From assembly GCA_002269645.1 (NCBI GenBank), contig NIVC01004011.1, positions 756-64,755 of the forward strand: a stretch of DNA of 64,000 bases, in the 5' to 3' direction. Shown here piece after piece: positions 26,255-40,200 of the stretch. The notes beneath the pieces are model-generated. The model was not told where the DNA came from. It worked only from the letters and a program-made list of their open reading frames with translations, and ran no database searches. Origin of the DNA: Macrostomum lignano. Taxonomy: Eukaryota. A program made the position numbers and the translations under genes. How positions within the stretch are numbered: position 1 is the first letter of the stretch; the number at the start of each line of letters is the position of its first letter.

Positions 26255-26430
26255 CAGGCTCGATTCCTAGTGCAGTCACATTAATTTTTTGGCTTGGCTC
26301 CTAAATAACGACATTGAAGGCCAACCCCCAAGGCACAGTGAGGTGTACATGCCTAACGATAAATAAAGTTCGCTGTACACTCCTGTGTGTGAGTGTGTGC
26401 CTTTGCGTATGACTGCGTACGTATCCGCGC
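26255..26430 (+). mobile_element. SINE-like dispersed repeat; second copy ~33260-33430, partial tail copy ~30810-30870
   Basis: B-box-like GGCTCGATTCC followed by the shared core GGCCAACCCCCA(A/G)GGCACA..TGTACATGCCTAACGATAAATAAAGTT. Confidence 0.55.
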
Positions 26431-27659
26431 GCCTGTGTGCCTGCTCAGGGGAGTCGGCGGAATGGGCAGCAATGCCTCTCGCCGGTTGTGTGACAATGTC
26501 GCTTGAAGTGCGCTTGAAGTCGCTTGAAATACTATATAGAATCGAATTTCTTGGAAAAATAAGCGAACGGAACAAAGTAGATAAATATAAAAATTAAAAA
26601 AGAAGATTGGCAAAAAAACTGGTCTTACAAATTGGGTGCTTTTTTGAGCGCTTCCCAAAACCAGATTGCTTTGGCTGGGACTTCTTGAGTAGTCTAAAAA
26701 TAGCCTCAACACAGTAATTAATCAATAGAGTTTCCAACGAGCTGTCAGTATGCTGACAGGCAGCTAACCTAGAAGATGAACGCTTCTAAGCCTAGTTCTG
26801 ATTAAAATTATAACAAAAATAAAGAATAAGAGGAAAGACAAGCATAAGTATCCCGAATGAAACATTTGGAAAGTATATTTTAATTAATTAACCCACTGCA
26901 ATTCTGCATGATTAACAGATTTTTATACACGAAATCCAATTAGAATTGAGGTATTTAATAATGTAAGCACAAAATTCACTGTTATAACATGCCTTAGAGG
27001 TGGTAGGAGAACTACTGAACCAAGTAATTGAAATTGTCAAAGTCAATCATTACCAAATAAATTGTTCAGTTGATGAAAATAGCAACAAAACAAAAAAAGA
27101 ATAACAATGTGCGTGCTTTCGATTGAAATCAGATTATTTGGTCGCGGAGAGACGAACTGCAAGTAACAAAACAGAAAAGCTATCGAGTATTTCAACTACT
27201 TTAGAAAGTTCATAGGCCTGTTGCAGGCGTAGCTACATTAATTAGTTAATAGTACACGCAGATTTGACGATAAAGTACATAATAGCGATTAAAAATAGTT
27301 TTTTTAAAATGCACAGATAACCGGTTTTAGCCAGAGAATAAATGGTGGCATTAAATGCACGTAATTTGTATTTAAAGTGTTTATATACAGTATGAAAGAG
27401 TAAAAAATTTGAGCTGAATAGCACCAAGACAAAATTATAATAACAACAGTTGAAGGAAAATTACTAACATAGGCGGGAATACTGCAGTCAATCATGTAAT
27501 TGCAACATTAAATAAGTAGAGAGGATATACTTAACTTAGTCAGGGGGGCGATAATTTAGACAGTCAGAGTCAATGATTGAAGATAAATCAAATCCCGTTG
27601 TTTTTCATATTCAGAGGCGAATATTGAAGACAGAAAGAGGCCATTATTGAGGAGAGTCA

Positions 27660-28200
27660 GAGGTGATTATTGAGAATGGTCAGGGATGATTATTGAGAAT
27701 AGTCAGGGGTGATTATTGAGAATAGTCAGGGATGATTATTGAGAATAGTCAGGGATGATTATTGAGAATAGTCAGGGGTGATTATTGAGAATAGTCAGGG
27801 ATGATTATTGAGAATAGTCAGGGATGATTATTGAGAATAGTCAGGATCGATTATTGAGAATATTTAGGGGTGATTATTGAGAATAGTCAGGATCGATTAT
27901 TGAGAATATTCAGGATCGATAATTGAGAATAGTCAGGATCGATAATTGAGAATAGTCAGGATCGATTATTGAGAATAGTCGGGATCGATTATTGAGAATA
28001 GTCAAAGGCGATTATTGAGAATAGTCAAAGGCGATTATTGGGAATAGCCAAAGGCGATTATTGAGAATAGTCAAAGGCGATTTTTGAGAGTAGTCAAAGG
28101 CGATTATTGAGAGTAGTCAGGATCTTTTATTAAGAATAGTCAAAGGCGATTATTGAGAGTAGTCAAAGGCGATTATTGAGAATAGTCAAAGGCGATTATT
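27660..28200. repeat. Minisatellite, ~22-23 bp (GATTATTGAGAATAGTCAGG)
   Basis: Direct inspection. Confidence 0.92.
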
Positions 28201-28317
28201 ACGACTATAGACATAGTCATATTCAACGCGATGTAATTATAAAGAAAATAATAAATAGATTAGAAAGTCTGACGATAATAACTAAACGAATTCAATTACC
28301 ATTGCATTGCAGAAACC

Positions 28318-29380
28318 TTAGACAGAGCCGGTAGCAGACTCCCGTTTACTACCTCTAGCAGTCGGTGTGGGAACTTTACTAGCAGTTGAAGAGGCTGCAA
28401 CAATCGGTCTATCGGATTCCGGATCGAACTCTTTTGAATTCACTCGCAGAGTAGAACAATACAGGGGCGATAGCATAGCAGATTGCGGAGGCTTGCGACT
28501 GCCAGACACGGCTGTAACAGCCGCCGTAGGCTTCTTGACAGCGCCGGTGTGACTACCTGAAGTCGTTCTAGCCGGTGGCAGAGGCGGCTTAAACACTGGA
28601 GCCGATTTTTTAGTCGGCGAACCGCCCAACTGTGGTCGATTTTCGTCGGTAGCGGCGTTCGACACCCGCCGTTTAGTATTATTATCAACTCGATCAAAGT
28701 TGCCAGCCGGCAGCACGGTGGTGCTATCGAGTTTTTGAAAATTGCAACCTATTTTTATGTCGATACAATTAGACGATGATGATATGTCGGCTACGCCGAC
28801 GCTTGTAGCATTGCTAAAAGCGGCTAGGGATGCTTGCTGCTGCTGCTGCTGCTGCTGCTGGTAGCGAGTCTTATGCGGCTGTACAGCAATGCTGGCTCCG
28901 GTGCTGTTTAACTGCAAATCCCGATGATCGACAATGGCGGCTGCTCCGGCAGCTGAACGAGTTCGAATTGGTCGGTTGTGCTCCGCGGCACCAGCTGATT
29001 GAGCTGGGGCTGCTAGCAAGCGAGAAGGCGGACTCAAACCGATGCCAAGCCGATTGCAAGCGCTGCTACTCTCGTTGCTTATGTCTACCAGAGATCCCGT
29101 AGTTGAGGAGTCTTCCTGATCGGCCAGAGTGGAATCCTCATCATCATCATCGCTGTTGTCGGCTGATTTTGAACGCCTGGACGAACGCCTTAGACGATAA
29201 TGATTTGCTGACTGACGTCGCGACTGTTGCGGCGGCTGTTTCGGCGAGACGGCGATGGCCACGGCTGGTTGGGTGCGACGTCGCTTAGGCTGCGACGGAT
29301 TCTTACGGGCCGCCGCGGTGCCGGCGTCTCTGCTGGTCATGGCGGACAGAGAGGAGTCCGACGCTTCGCGATTGCGCCGT
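28318..29380 (-). CDS. Exon 2 of an unknown low-complexity (Ser/Ala/Gln-rich) protein, probably nuclear
   Basis: Acceptor CTCTCCAG|A joins exon 1 in frame to give GIRKRRNREASD. GC-rich coding-like composition; no recognisable domain. Further exons are possible. Confidence 0.6.
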
Positions 29381-29407
29381 CTGGAGAGATTGGAGAGAGG
29401 GCTTGCT

Positions 29408-30292
29408 AGATTTTGGGAGATATTTGGATTAATGATTGTTGGGATTAGGGATATTTGGATTAATGATTGTTGGGATTAGGGATATTTGGATTAATGATTG
29501 TTGGGATTAGGGATATGTGGATCAGCGAATGTTGGGATTAGGGATATTTGGATTAGCGAATGTTGGGATTAGGGATATTTGGATTAATGATTGTTGGGAT
29601 TAGGGATATGTGGATCAGCGAATGTTGGGATTAGGGATATTTGGATTAGCGAATGTTGGGATTAGGGATATTTGGATTAGCGAATGTTGGGATTAGGGAT
29701 ATTTGGATTAGCGAATATTGGGATTAGGGATATTTGGATTAGCGAATGTTGGGATTAGGGATATTTAGATCAGCGAATATTGGAATTAGGGATATTTGGA
29801 TTAGCGAATGTTGGCATTAGGGATATTTGGATTAGCGAATGTTGGGATTAGGGATATTTGGATTAGCGAATGTTGGGATTAGGGATATTTGGATTAGCGA
29901 ATATTGGGATTAGGGATATTTGGATTAGCGAATGTTGGGATTAGGGATATTTGGATTAGCGAATATTGGGATTAGGGATATTTGGATTAGCGAATGTTGG
30001 CATTAGGGATATTTGGATTAGCGAATATTGGGATTAGGGATATTTGGATTAGCGAATGTTGGGATTAGGGATATTTGGATTAGCGAATATTGGGATTAGG
30101 GATATTTGGATTAGCGAATATTGGGATTAGGGATATTTGGATTAGCGAATATTGGGATTAGGGATATTTGGATTAGCGAATATTGGGATTAGGGATATTT
30201 GGATTAGCGAATGTTGGCATTAGGGATATTTGGATTAGCGAATGTTGGGATTAGGGATATTTGGATTAGCGAATACTGGGATTAGGGATATT
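29408..30292. repeat. Intronic minisatellite, 31 bp (GGGATATTTGGATTAGCGAATGTTGGGATTA)
   Basis: Direct inspection; fills ~90% of the intron. Confidence 0.95.
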
Positions 30293-30351
30293 TAGTCTAA
30301 CAAAATAATACAAGATCATTAAGCACTACTGATATATGTAATAGTTCTTAC

Positions 30352-30695
30352 TTGCGAATACCCGGTACAAAACCGACGGCATCAGTAGCGTCCTCCTCGT
30401 TGTCATGGTGACAAGCCGTAGTAGAATCGCGCAGAATGCGAATCTGCTGAGCCTGGTGCTTAGTAACCGAGCGCTCATGACTGAGCAGAGCGGCAAGTCG
30501 AGAGTTGCTGCGAGTGAGACGATCGATCTCGGCGTCCCGCTGAGCAGCCAAGCCGTCTCTAAGACGATCGACAGCTTGATCAACAAATCGATGCAGATCA
30601 ATTCGAAGCTGGTCAACTACTGCTGAGGAAGCAGTAGAAACAACAGATGAAGCTGTCGAAGATTGATGCTGAGGCTGCTGGTGTTGCTGGGACAT
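30352..30695 (-). CDS. Exon 1 of the same unknown protein (N-terminal coiled coil)
   Basis: Heptad-like segment RLRDGLAAQRDAEIDRLTRSNSRLAALL. Donor CGCAA|GTAAGA, phase 2. Confidence 0.6.
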
Positions 30696-31856
30696 TGCTT
30701 AGAGACTGGTTTATTTGCTGCAATGTTAGAACGGAAAACAATATTATCTTGGTCACCTAGAGATTAGAGAACTACAAATGCACAAAGTGTGTGTCTGAGA
30801 ATGGGAAAACCGCTGTACTGTACACCCTGTGTGAGTGCCTGTCTGCGTACGTATTTTCGTGCTGCGCCAATATGGAGGGTAAAGGGCTGGAGTAACTATG
30901 TACTTTAATATAGAACAGAATGCCTCGGCGCCTGATTAACTTGATGAAAACAGTTCCTAGGCTAAGAAGCGTCAAGAGTCACTTGCGTCACTTAGAAGTG
31001 ACTCTAGACGACTTTAAAATGACGAGATTCCAGTCGTTAATGACTCTATATATAATGACTCTGAGACCGTAGAGTCATATCTGAGGCGTTCTAGAGTTGC
31101 TGTAGAATCACTGAGTATTCTTAACAACTCTATTTATTCTACTTGAGTTAGTAGAAAGCTAACCACTTTTGGACGACTCGTAACTCAACAATCGCCTCTC
31201 CGTCGCATTGCAGTCGTCTGAGTCGTTAAAAAGTCACGAGTCGCCCCAGGGTCGCTAGAATCACTAGTGAGTTATTCGCTATGGCTATTTAGCGATGGTC
31301 ATATAGTCGCCATAACAGGCACATGCAGTCCCCAATAAGAATTATTAATGAATATAAATTTCCCAAAGCCTCCAGCAGTTAGATACACAAGACTGGCAAG
31401 TTTTTAATATCATATAGTCGATATAGACAAGGAAGTGATGCTTATCCTAGATAAGAAAACGAATATATAGTATAGTCTGCGGATCACGCAACCTGCCTGT
31501 GCCCAGTGCAATATTTATAGCCAGATAGATCTCCAGCGATAGTTCCTCGTTTCAAATAAAATTTGATTAGTAAAAAAGATGAGATAAGCTTTGCATATTG
31601 CATATGGCTGTAGAATTTTTTTCGTGTTCCTACGATTTTTTATACCGAACTTATACTGTTCATCAGAGCTAAGGCAGCTGCTGTGCCACGATTTTGCGGG
31701 ACGCAAGGCCCATTGAATCGTCAATGTGTACCAGCAGTTTTAGTCTATGGCATTTACTATTAAGCGTTAAAAAATATAAATTTAATAAAATTAACAGCAT
31801 ACTAGACCACAGAAGGAATGGAGAGTGAGCCATCTAGTGTTTATAGAATCTGTGTA

Positions 31857-33008
31857 CTAGAATAGCAATCTAGTGCGGCCCCTCTTCGGGGCGCCCAATA
31901 AGCAAGGAGCAAAAATAGTTTCTGGAAAACTATTAAAAAGCACATTTTCTTAAAAACAAATTCCTTCTTCACTTTTGAAAATCACCTTATTCGTGTAAAA
32001 TTGTCACGGACAAAGTTGTTTGCTATAAATCACTTTTTCTCTAAAATTAACAAACAGACAACAAAATATAGCTCCCCCTAAATAGAAAATATTCCCAAGA
32101 CAGCAAGCACCCCCTCCAAAAGTAAGCAACCGCAGATAGCAAGCATCCCCCAGATAGCAAGCATCCCCTAGATAGCAAGCACCCCCCAGATAGTAAGCAC
32201 CCCGGGCCCCCAGATAGCAAGTATCCCCTAGATAGCAAGCACCCCCCAGATAGTAAGCACCCCGGGCCCCCAGATAGCAAGTATCCCCTAGATAGCAAGC
32301 ACCCCCCAGATAGTAAGCACCCCGGGCCCCCAGATAGCAAGCATCCCCTAGATAGCAAGCACCCCCCAGATAGTAAGCACCCCGGGCCCCCAGATAGCAA
32401 GTATCCCCCAGATAGCAAGCATCCCCCAGATAGCAAGCATCTGCAGATAGCAAGCATCCCGTAGATAACAAGCATCTGCAGATAGCAAGCATCCCCCAGA
32501 TAGCAAGCATCACCCCAGATAGCAAGCATCCCCCACACAGCAAGCATCCCCCACACAGCAAGCATCCCCCACACAGCAAGCATCCCCCTGATAGCAAGCA
32601 TCTGCAGATAGCAAGCATCCCCCAGATAGCAAGCATCCCCCCGATAGCAAGCATCCCCCAGATAGCAAGCATCTGCAGATAGCAAGCATCCCCCAGATAG
32701 CAAGCATCCCCCCGATAGCAAGCATCCCCCAGATAGCAAGCATCCCCAGATAGCAAGCATCTGCAGATAGCAAGCATCCCCCAGATAGCAAGCATCCCCC
32801 AGATAGCAAGCATCTGCAGATAGCAAGCATCCCCCAGATAGCAAGCATCTGCAGATAGCAAGCATCCCCCAGATAGCAAGCATCCCCCAGATAGCAAGCA
32901 TCCCCCAGATAGCAAGCATCTGCAGATAGCAAGCATCCCCCAGATAGCAAGCATCCCCAAGATAGCAAGCATGTGCAGATAGCAAGCATCACCCCAGATA
33001 GCAAGCAT
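31857..33008 (-). mobile_element. Second, inverted copy of the Helitron-like minisatellite-bearing element
   Basis: Its reverse complement matches 600-843, including hairpin GCCCC-GAAGA-GGGGC (31878-31892) and terminal CTAG. Array spans 32100-33008. Confidence 0.55.
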
Positions 33009-36000
33009 CAGAAAAGTTTCTTGCTGGCGGTGATGATTCATTTGTTAACAGGCAAGAGAAAAATCAGAGGTAACCATGCAAAAATACTAAGAACAAGTTA
33101 ACAACTTTTATATCTGTATTTAAAGTGGCGATAGCACATGACAACAAGAAACTACCAAATGTTACTCACGCTAGTCCACAAAATACTTGGTTAGTAAAAA
33201 GACGAAGATAACTTATTCAGTTCGTAAAAAACTAATAGATTGGTTTGGTGAATTCATTGTGCCAGAGGCCCAGACTCGACTACAAGTAGGGTTGTCACAT
33301 CAATTCGGGGCTAAATTGGAATCTCGGCTTGGCTCTGCTTGTGCAATGAGCGCATTTGAGGGCCAACCCCCAGGGCACACTGAAGTGTACATGCCTAACG
33401 ATAAATAAAGTTACGGCCACTGTACACAGCTTGGACACAGGACAGCAAACCTGTTGTGTGACAAGTTCGCTTCAAGTGCGCCAGGGTGCACACAGCCCCG
33501 TCTCTAATAAAAAAAGTATCTCTGCATAATCATCAATACTCATGTGCTTTTATTCTATAACCTTAAGAATTACGTCTCATAGGTCACGCGGTGATGTTCA
33601 TTTTGTATCTTTATAACTTTGTTTCTCTATATGCTGCAGCTAATGTTTCATATAATAACTCATATGCACTAACATTGGTGCTGCACAGTATAAATAAAGA
33701 AGCCAAGCTACTGCTTTGAAATCCTGCATTATGGCAAGAGAAAAAACCCTGAATGACAAACATCATTGATCATAAGTATTTATCTGGAATCAAGAAATCT
33801 AAATTAGCTCGCCATATAGCATTAGATGTTTTTCTAGATCAGCAAAAACAACTGCTTGACTGATTTCTGGAATCTTTTAATAGCAATGACAGCATGCATC
33901 AGCAAGCAGGATTAATTAGTTGGCTGTTCAATTATAAATATGTCCGATTGTATCAGCGTTGCTACTGATAGTAGGCTGTGCAACATTCGAACTGTGCAAC
34001 ATTGCCACTTAATGCTAAGTAAGTCTTAATGAAGAGATTTGCCCAATCAAAACAGTTTGATAGAAAATGCATAGTTTTCTTGTAGGTTTTTATTTCTAAA
34101 TATACATATGTAAGCTATTAATTCAATGCATATTGCTTTGTCCTAAATCTTTTTATTAAGACTTACTAAGCATTGAGGGGCAATTTAGACAAAACCTGCC
34201 AAAATCAAAACAGAATCAAAAGCATTATAGCAAACATTGACAGAAAAAGCTCTGCAGGCAAATCTTGGTGGAAATCTCATGTGTACAAATATCAGTGGGC
34301 AATTCTTATGGACCAACTAATGAGTTTTTTTGAGGCTACTAAATGCAGGTGTATGCCTATGCCTATTCATATACTATGCATATATCTATACACTTGTATG
34401 CCTATTGCACCTACTAGAATAGAAAATAATGCATCTTTTAATTGTGATAATGCTGCTTGAAGTGCACTAGGATACACTTTGCCCCTGCTTCTAATGAAAG
34501 AAATACAAGTGTATATTAGTACACACTGCCTCTATCCAAAATGTATAGCTTGTATTTAGCTACATTTACTTTGCTTTCAAGAATTAACATATTATTCTTT
34601 GTTAATATAAAACACTTTAATCTAATACATTGACTAAATAATTTTATTTCTTGAAATTAACTTTGAAGGTTGACCAGATTGAAAGATATATATAAAAAAT
34701 TAAAAAGAAATATTGATCTTTTTAATATGAAATTGGACTTTTATTTATTTAATGGATTTCTCTAGTAACTTCTTAGATAAAATTCCAGGGTTCAACTTTG
34801 GGACTCAACTTCCATAGCTTCTTTTCCAATAGGAAAGTTGGATTTGTTACTTTATATAGGCCTATTAATAGTAAAACCTTTAAAATAAGCCTTTGCCAAA
34901 ACAGACTAGGCATTCTTTCATTATACAATTCCTACTATTTTACTATTTTGTTATACAATCCCTGTGCAGTTAGGCTATGTATTGCCATTGATTTGTTATA
35001 CATTCCCCATTAAAAAGTGAAGGTGAAATCAGTTTTAAGTTTATTGTACCACTTAAAATCATAGATATTGCAAAAGTATATTCATAAGAGGCCATACTAC
35101 ATATTCACTTTCATAATATGATCCCTTAAATATTAAATTCATTTGAAAATTGTATTGGAAGGAAGGATTTGAGAATAAAAATGAGGGGCTTTTGTTTTGC
35201 AATCATTCCAATGTTAGTTTTATATTTTATAGATTGTATTATCAAGGGTGATACAGTTGATTTGAACTAGTACATTCATTAGAATTGTGTAAATTGTATA
35301 TTCATAGTTAAAGCTACATACTACCCTCTCTTACTATCATTATAGAATCCCTTTAATGCTAATGAATACAGAATACATTAAATGGGTTAAATAACAAAAG
35401 TGAAAGAGGAGAGTAAAAAAGAAAGAAAAATAGGAGGTTTGAATTATTAAATAAAACAAATTGAGTAAGTTTTACTTTGCTGATTTTATCGCTGCAATTG
35501 TGGAAATTCAATACCTGCTATCTTTTTATAATACAATCCACACAATACAAAATTGCTATTGAAATGATTGAACAACAAACCTTCCCTTCTCACTTTTGTT
35601 ATCCAATCTTCCAACTTCATATAAAATGAATTTACCATTTGAGAGTGCATATTAAAAAAGTGAATATATTGTATGGCTTTTTGTTAAAGTGTACCAATAC
35701 ACTTTTGCAATATTCATGATTTTCACAACAATATTATAAAGTGAAAATTGGTGTTGGCTTGCCTTTCTTACAGGGGATTGTATAACAAAACATTGCAAAA
35801 AAGTGGATTGCCCCATTGGAAAAAGGTTACAAATTGTGTATCCCAAATCTGCTATATTTTTGGGAATATTTTGTGCCACACCACAGATTAAGGAAAAAAA
35901 TTGATGCTATACGCTGTGCAACCTAGAATCATAGAAAATTCATACTAGGCTTGAATTACTAGGAAGAAAAAGCCCAAAAGCTACAATTAGTCATTAACTT

Positions 36001-36939
36001 GTACTTGACAACTCATTTCTAGGCCCTTCATACTAGTTTAATATTGTTTGTTATGCTTCTATTTATAGTTTGAACTTACTTATGATAAGTTTTTGGTAAT
36101 GCTGCTTAAGATTTTAATTTATTTTTGTAATTCTATAATTTTTTCTTTTCTTAGTTTTTTGTACCTAAAAGCATACATGTATAAGAGAAGAAAGAAATAT
36201 CTTTTCACTTTTCTGTTTGCCATTTGTATCAGTTGTTAGAAAAATTAAATTGTGTGAAAATATTTAAACACATATTTTATAACATATATAAACTGTGTAT
36301 ATCCCACACTTTTGGGACATATTCTTTTGTTCATTTGTTCCTGTGCCACACTTTTGGGACACATTTTAGGGGATTAAATAATAAAAGAATGCTAGACTAC
36401 TATATATTAAAATGTTACATATAAATGATTTTGAAAGAAATTCAAAATAGATAATGTACAAGTCTATAAATATTCCATAGTCCATGTTCACGATCATATT
36501 ATAAAGTTATTTATTTTCCAAAAGTCATCAAAAATATTCTCAATTATAGGCCACACAAAAAGCCTATGCTAGGCAAAATGCTCTAGTGCACTAGGTATGC
36601 CAGAAACAGTAATGAGTCTAAAATTAAAATTCAGGTAAAGTTGCTTGCTTGGCAAGTACAATAAATAAGAAGGCAAAAATCAACATTAATTTTATTTTAT
36701 TGAACGATGCGCTTTGCACGATACTATGTAACTTCAGGTTTTTTTTTGAGCGCAAGAAACGAGTGAGATTGGTAGTAAATAAATACAAAATTTTGGGGTG
36801 TAAATTCAATTAATATTTGAAATATATGTTTGTTGGTCCAAAAGTTGAGAAAGTCCAGGGATGGAATGATAGCGATATGGTTTGAATTATATAATGTACA
36901 TCTAGTGTCCCCACCCTCAGAACACACAGAGAACATTTC

Positions 36940-37170
36940 CTGCAACAGTGTTGGAATTGAGTGCTAAGGTTGGGGGAATGTGCTCTAATGTACAGCACTT
37001 CAAGTATCTGGAGTTTGGAGTCAAATGAGCATTGATCAATGACTTTAAAGTGCTTTTCAGGTTTGCAGTTGGAGCAACTATTAGACTCTAAGAGATGGTT
37101 TTGGATAGCCAACAGTTTCAGCCAGTGCTCCTTTATTCTAGTATGCAGGCTGAAATCATTCTTCAATTTT
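36940..37170 (-). pseudogene. Penelope-like element GIY-YIG endonuclease C-terminal remnant
   Basis: TRIKEH..AIQNHL..FKVIDQC..LQILEVLYIRAHSPNLSTQ matches the typical PLE endonuclease tail. Confidence 0.65.
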
Positions 37171-37249
37171 CTATTATTTGGAAGAGAAGCCCCCCCTACC
37201 CCTAGATACCCAGATCTGAAGTGCAGCAGAACATGCTGACTACCCTGCC

Positions 37250-40200
37250 TACATCTCCAAACATGCTGAAAGACTAGAAGCCCACAAAACAGTAGAGAAA
37301 AAGTTGGAGAAAGCAGTTGAGAAGAGACAGACTGTTGCAGAAATTAACAAACTTCCCCCAGAATCCCCATAGGTTGCCTTGCTCTAATTAACAACCCCCC
37401 AGTTAAATAGCGAAAAATCTCATAAGTTCTATCAAAAGAAAAGATCTGCATTTAGAGTCTTAATGTAATTATCAGATGTAGTATTTAAGGTCCAGAAAGA
37501 AGGAGAATTAGTAGGAAAGGAAATGCTTGTGCACTGAGATAATCTTACTCCAGTCCCAAATTCAGCTGCAGAACTAATCCCTAAGGAAGGCCAGAGAGAC
37601 ATGCCTGCTCCTGCTTCCACCCTTGCTTCTAAGACTAACCCTACTTCTGCTCTTGCCCCTGCTTTCATTCCTGCCTCTACTAAGCCTAAGACAACCTCCA
37701 ATTAAAGAAGGCCATTCCTGCCAGAAATCCCCAAAACCAATTTTGCCCATCCCTGTTAAATCCAATGAATCATCCAATGAAGAAGAAATTAATTGGCGAT
37801 GCCAACTAAGAGAAGAGGACAATGAATAAATAGGAGAAGAATGGAATAAAGCCAAGACAGAGGGAGAAAATGAAGGAATAGTTGATGAGTCAGAAAACAA
37901 AGCCCAGAACAAAGAGACCTCTCAATCCCTACCTCTCCTCTCCTGCCTTGTAAGATCTTGAGCCTGCACACTCTCACCCCTATAATTTAAGATACCAACC
38001 CCAAACTAAACACATCAATGCAATTGCCATCTAGACAGACTACTGACAGCCCTCAATCTATTATGTAAACTGGAATTTTAGCCTTCTTACCTTTCCGTTG
38101 CCATCCCCTATTGCATAACAGACCCCAAAATTTGAACAAATATAGCCCTTGACAAAGCCATAGCAAATGTATAAAGAACCCCTCAAAGTATCGATTGTGA
38201 AAGAAATGGGAACACAAAAAAGGCAGAAAGTGGGATAAGTCACAAAAAGTAGGAAACCTCAAAGAATAGGAATATTGAGACAATAATAAGTAGACACTTC
38301 AACTGAGATTGCATAATCAAAAAATTTATGCTTCCCATTGTTATTTGCTTATTGCAAAAACAGTCCTAAATTATTTTGCATTATTCCTGATGTCTATTGA
38401 AGCTAACAATTTAAAAAGACTGCAAGATGAGTTGAGTCTAAGTGCCAGTGAAAGAGAAATAGATAGTGATATCAATAATAAGCTACCAGCCCCTGAATAC
38501 CAGAAGACCTGGCTCAATCTGCCTAGAGTGAAATCTTGACCATCCTCTATAGTCATGCATCCCGAGTGCCCTCCTCCCTCTTTGGTGTCTTCCAATTGAA
38601 TTCTGCTAATGAGGCAATAAGCCAATGCCCCGATCACTGTCTCCCCCACCATAGCACAATGTCAGCCTAAAGGTAGCAAACCTACTATTGCACTACCTAC
38701 TGTTGAAATACCCAAACCAAACACTAAATGCCACCTTGGACAACACCAACTCACAGCCTCGCCACCCCACAACCCAGATCACTAGCCAAGGTCTCTTATC
38801 AGATAGCCACTATCACTCCCCCTGGTCATGCCACTATCTAACTACAACATGAAACAGCAGCATCAAGCTATTATGAGACCATTGGCAAAGCAAGAATCCT
38901 TGACAAACAAAGTCCCACCTCTGATGCAAGGAGCATCTGAGTCAAACCTACTTTAGGACATTGGTGGCAAGTATAGCTAGCTCATCGCAGAGATAGCAGA
39001 ACAAAGCTGCAGCAAGTATTACCACCTAATTACCAATATTCAGCTTTACCTAGTGCATAGCTGGGCTAATCAAGCCAATGTCTACACTGAGACTCAGTGG
39101 TTAGGCCTAGAATGTGGCTGGCCTAATGCTGATTGGTTTCCAATAGAAATGATCTAGTATCTGTAAAATTGACTCTAGGTTTAATTTTTAACAGTTGCTA
39201 ACTTTACTACTATTATGCTGCATAATAGAAAATATTCACTTATGAAATTATATTCATATCTTTCAATAAGAAAGGTCAGTTGTATACTTGTATCAGTGCT
39301 ATTTTCTTTTCTCTTTTTGTAGTATATGAAATCTATCTTTTATTTTGTTCACTAAATTCTTGCATGCCCTAAAACATATTTACAGCCTTATTTGCCTATT
39401 TGCCTAGTTGCCTCATTATTTAATTCCTCATTTTAACATATAGTTACTATCTTCATTATTATTTTAGATGTTCTTAAAATAAATCAGTTTTTGCTGAGTA
39501 AACCATTTTAGTACTATATGTTTGCTACTACTTTTTTTATTATAAAACTTTGTTTAAAATAGTCTACCATATTGACTAAAATTCATTTATATACAAGTTT
39601 TTTAAGTTCCAAGAAATTCCCAAATATTCCTCCCAAATTCCTATAACAAATTGGTGTCAGCAAAAGAATAGAAATTATAATCCCCTGATCCCTATTACAA
39701 CTTGGTGATTAATGGTAGGATCAACTATATATTAAACACCCTTACAACAAGAGCAAAGAGTGAAAAGGTTGGACTGCCCAGATAAAAAGGGAATTCCCTA
39801 GGAATAAATAGGCTGTTACAGTCAAAATATCAGATGTATTGTTAAAAGTTGGGAGAGACAATATGAAAGCCAGAAACCCCATTGGTCATTAGTAATGTCA
39901 TTTTGGACTGTGTTGTTAGCAATTATTAGGCTCATTCCATATAAGCACGGTCGTGACATGACAGACTATTTTTACTTATAAAATGAAATATAATAATAGT
40001 GTAGTAGGGCATTATTTTAGAAACGGAATTTTGCAGGTTTAAATATGCTTTTACCCTACTATCAGTAGTTTCAACCCGGGGAAATAATTAGAGCGGGGTT
40101 AAGTGGATAAAATCGGGGTTCCTTTAGAAATACAGAGCAGTTGGGCTCTTGGGAAAGAAAGCCGCCTTCGTTGGAGTGTCTTCTCCTGTTTAACTTAGAG

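Noticed and set aside
26250-26290. tRNA gene (B-box-like GGCTCGATTCC)
   Set aside because: No cloverleaf can be built; more consistent with a SINE head.
11300-30292. CRISPR-like appearance of the regular arrays
   Set aside because: Units are head-to-tail with no unique spacers, there are no cas genes, and the context is eukaryotic.
35652-35879. Possible PIF1/Helitron helicase remnant (HTIYSLF)
   Set aside because: A single short motif with no Walker A or other helicase motifs nearby.
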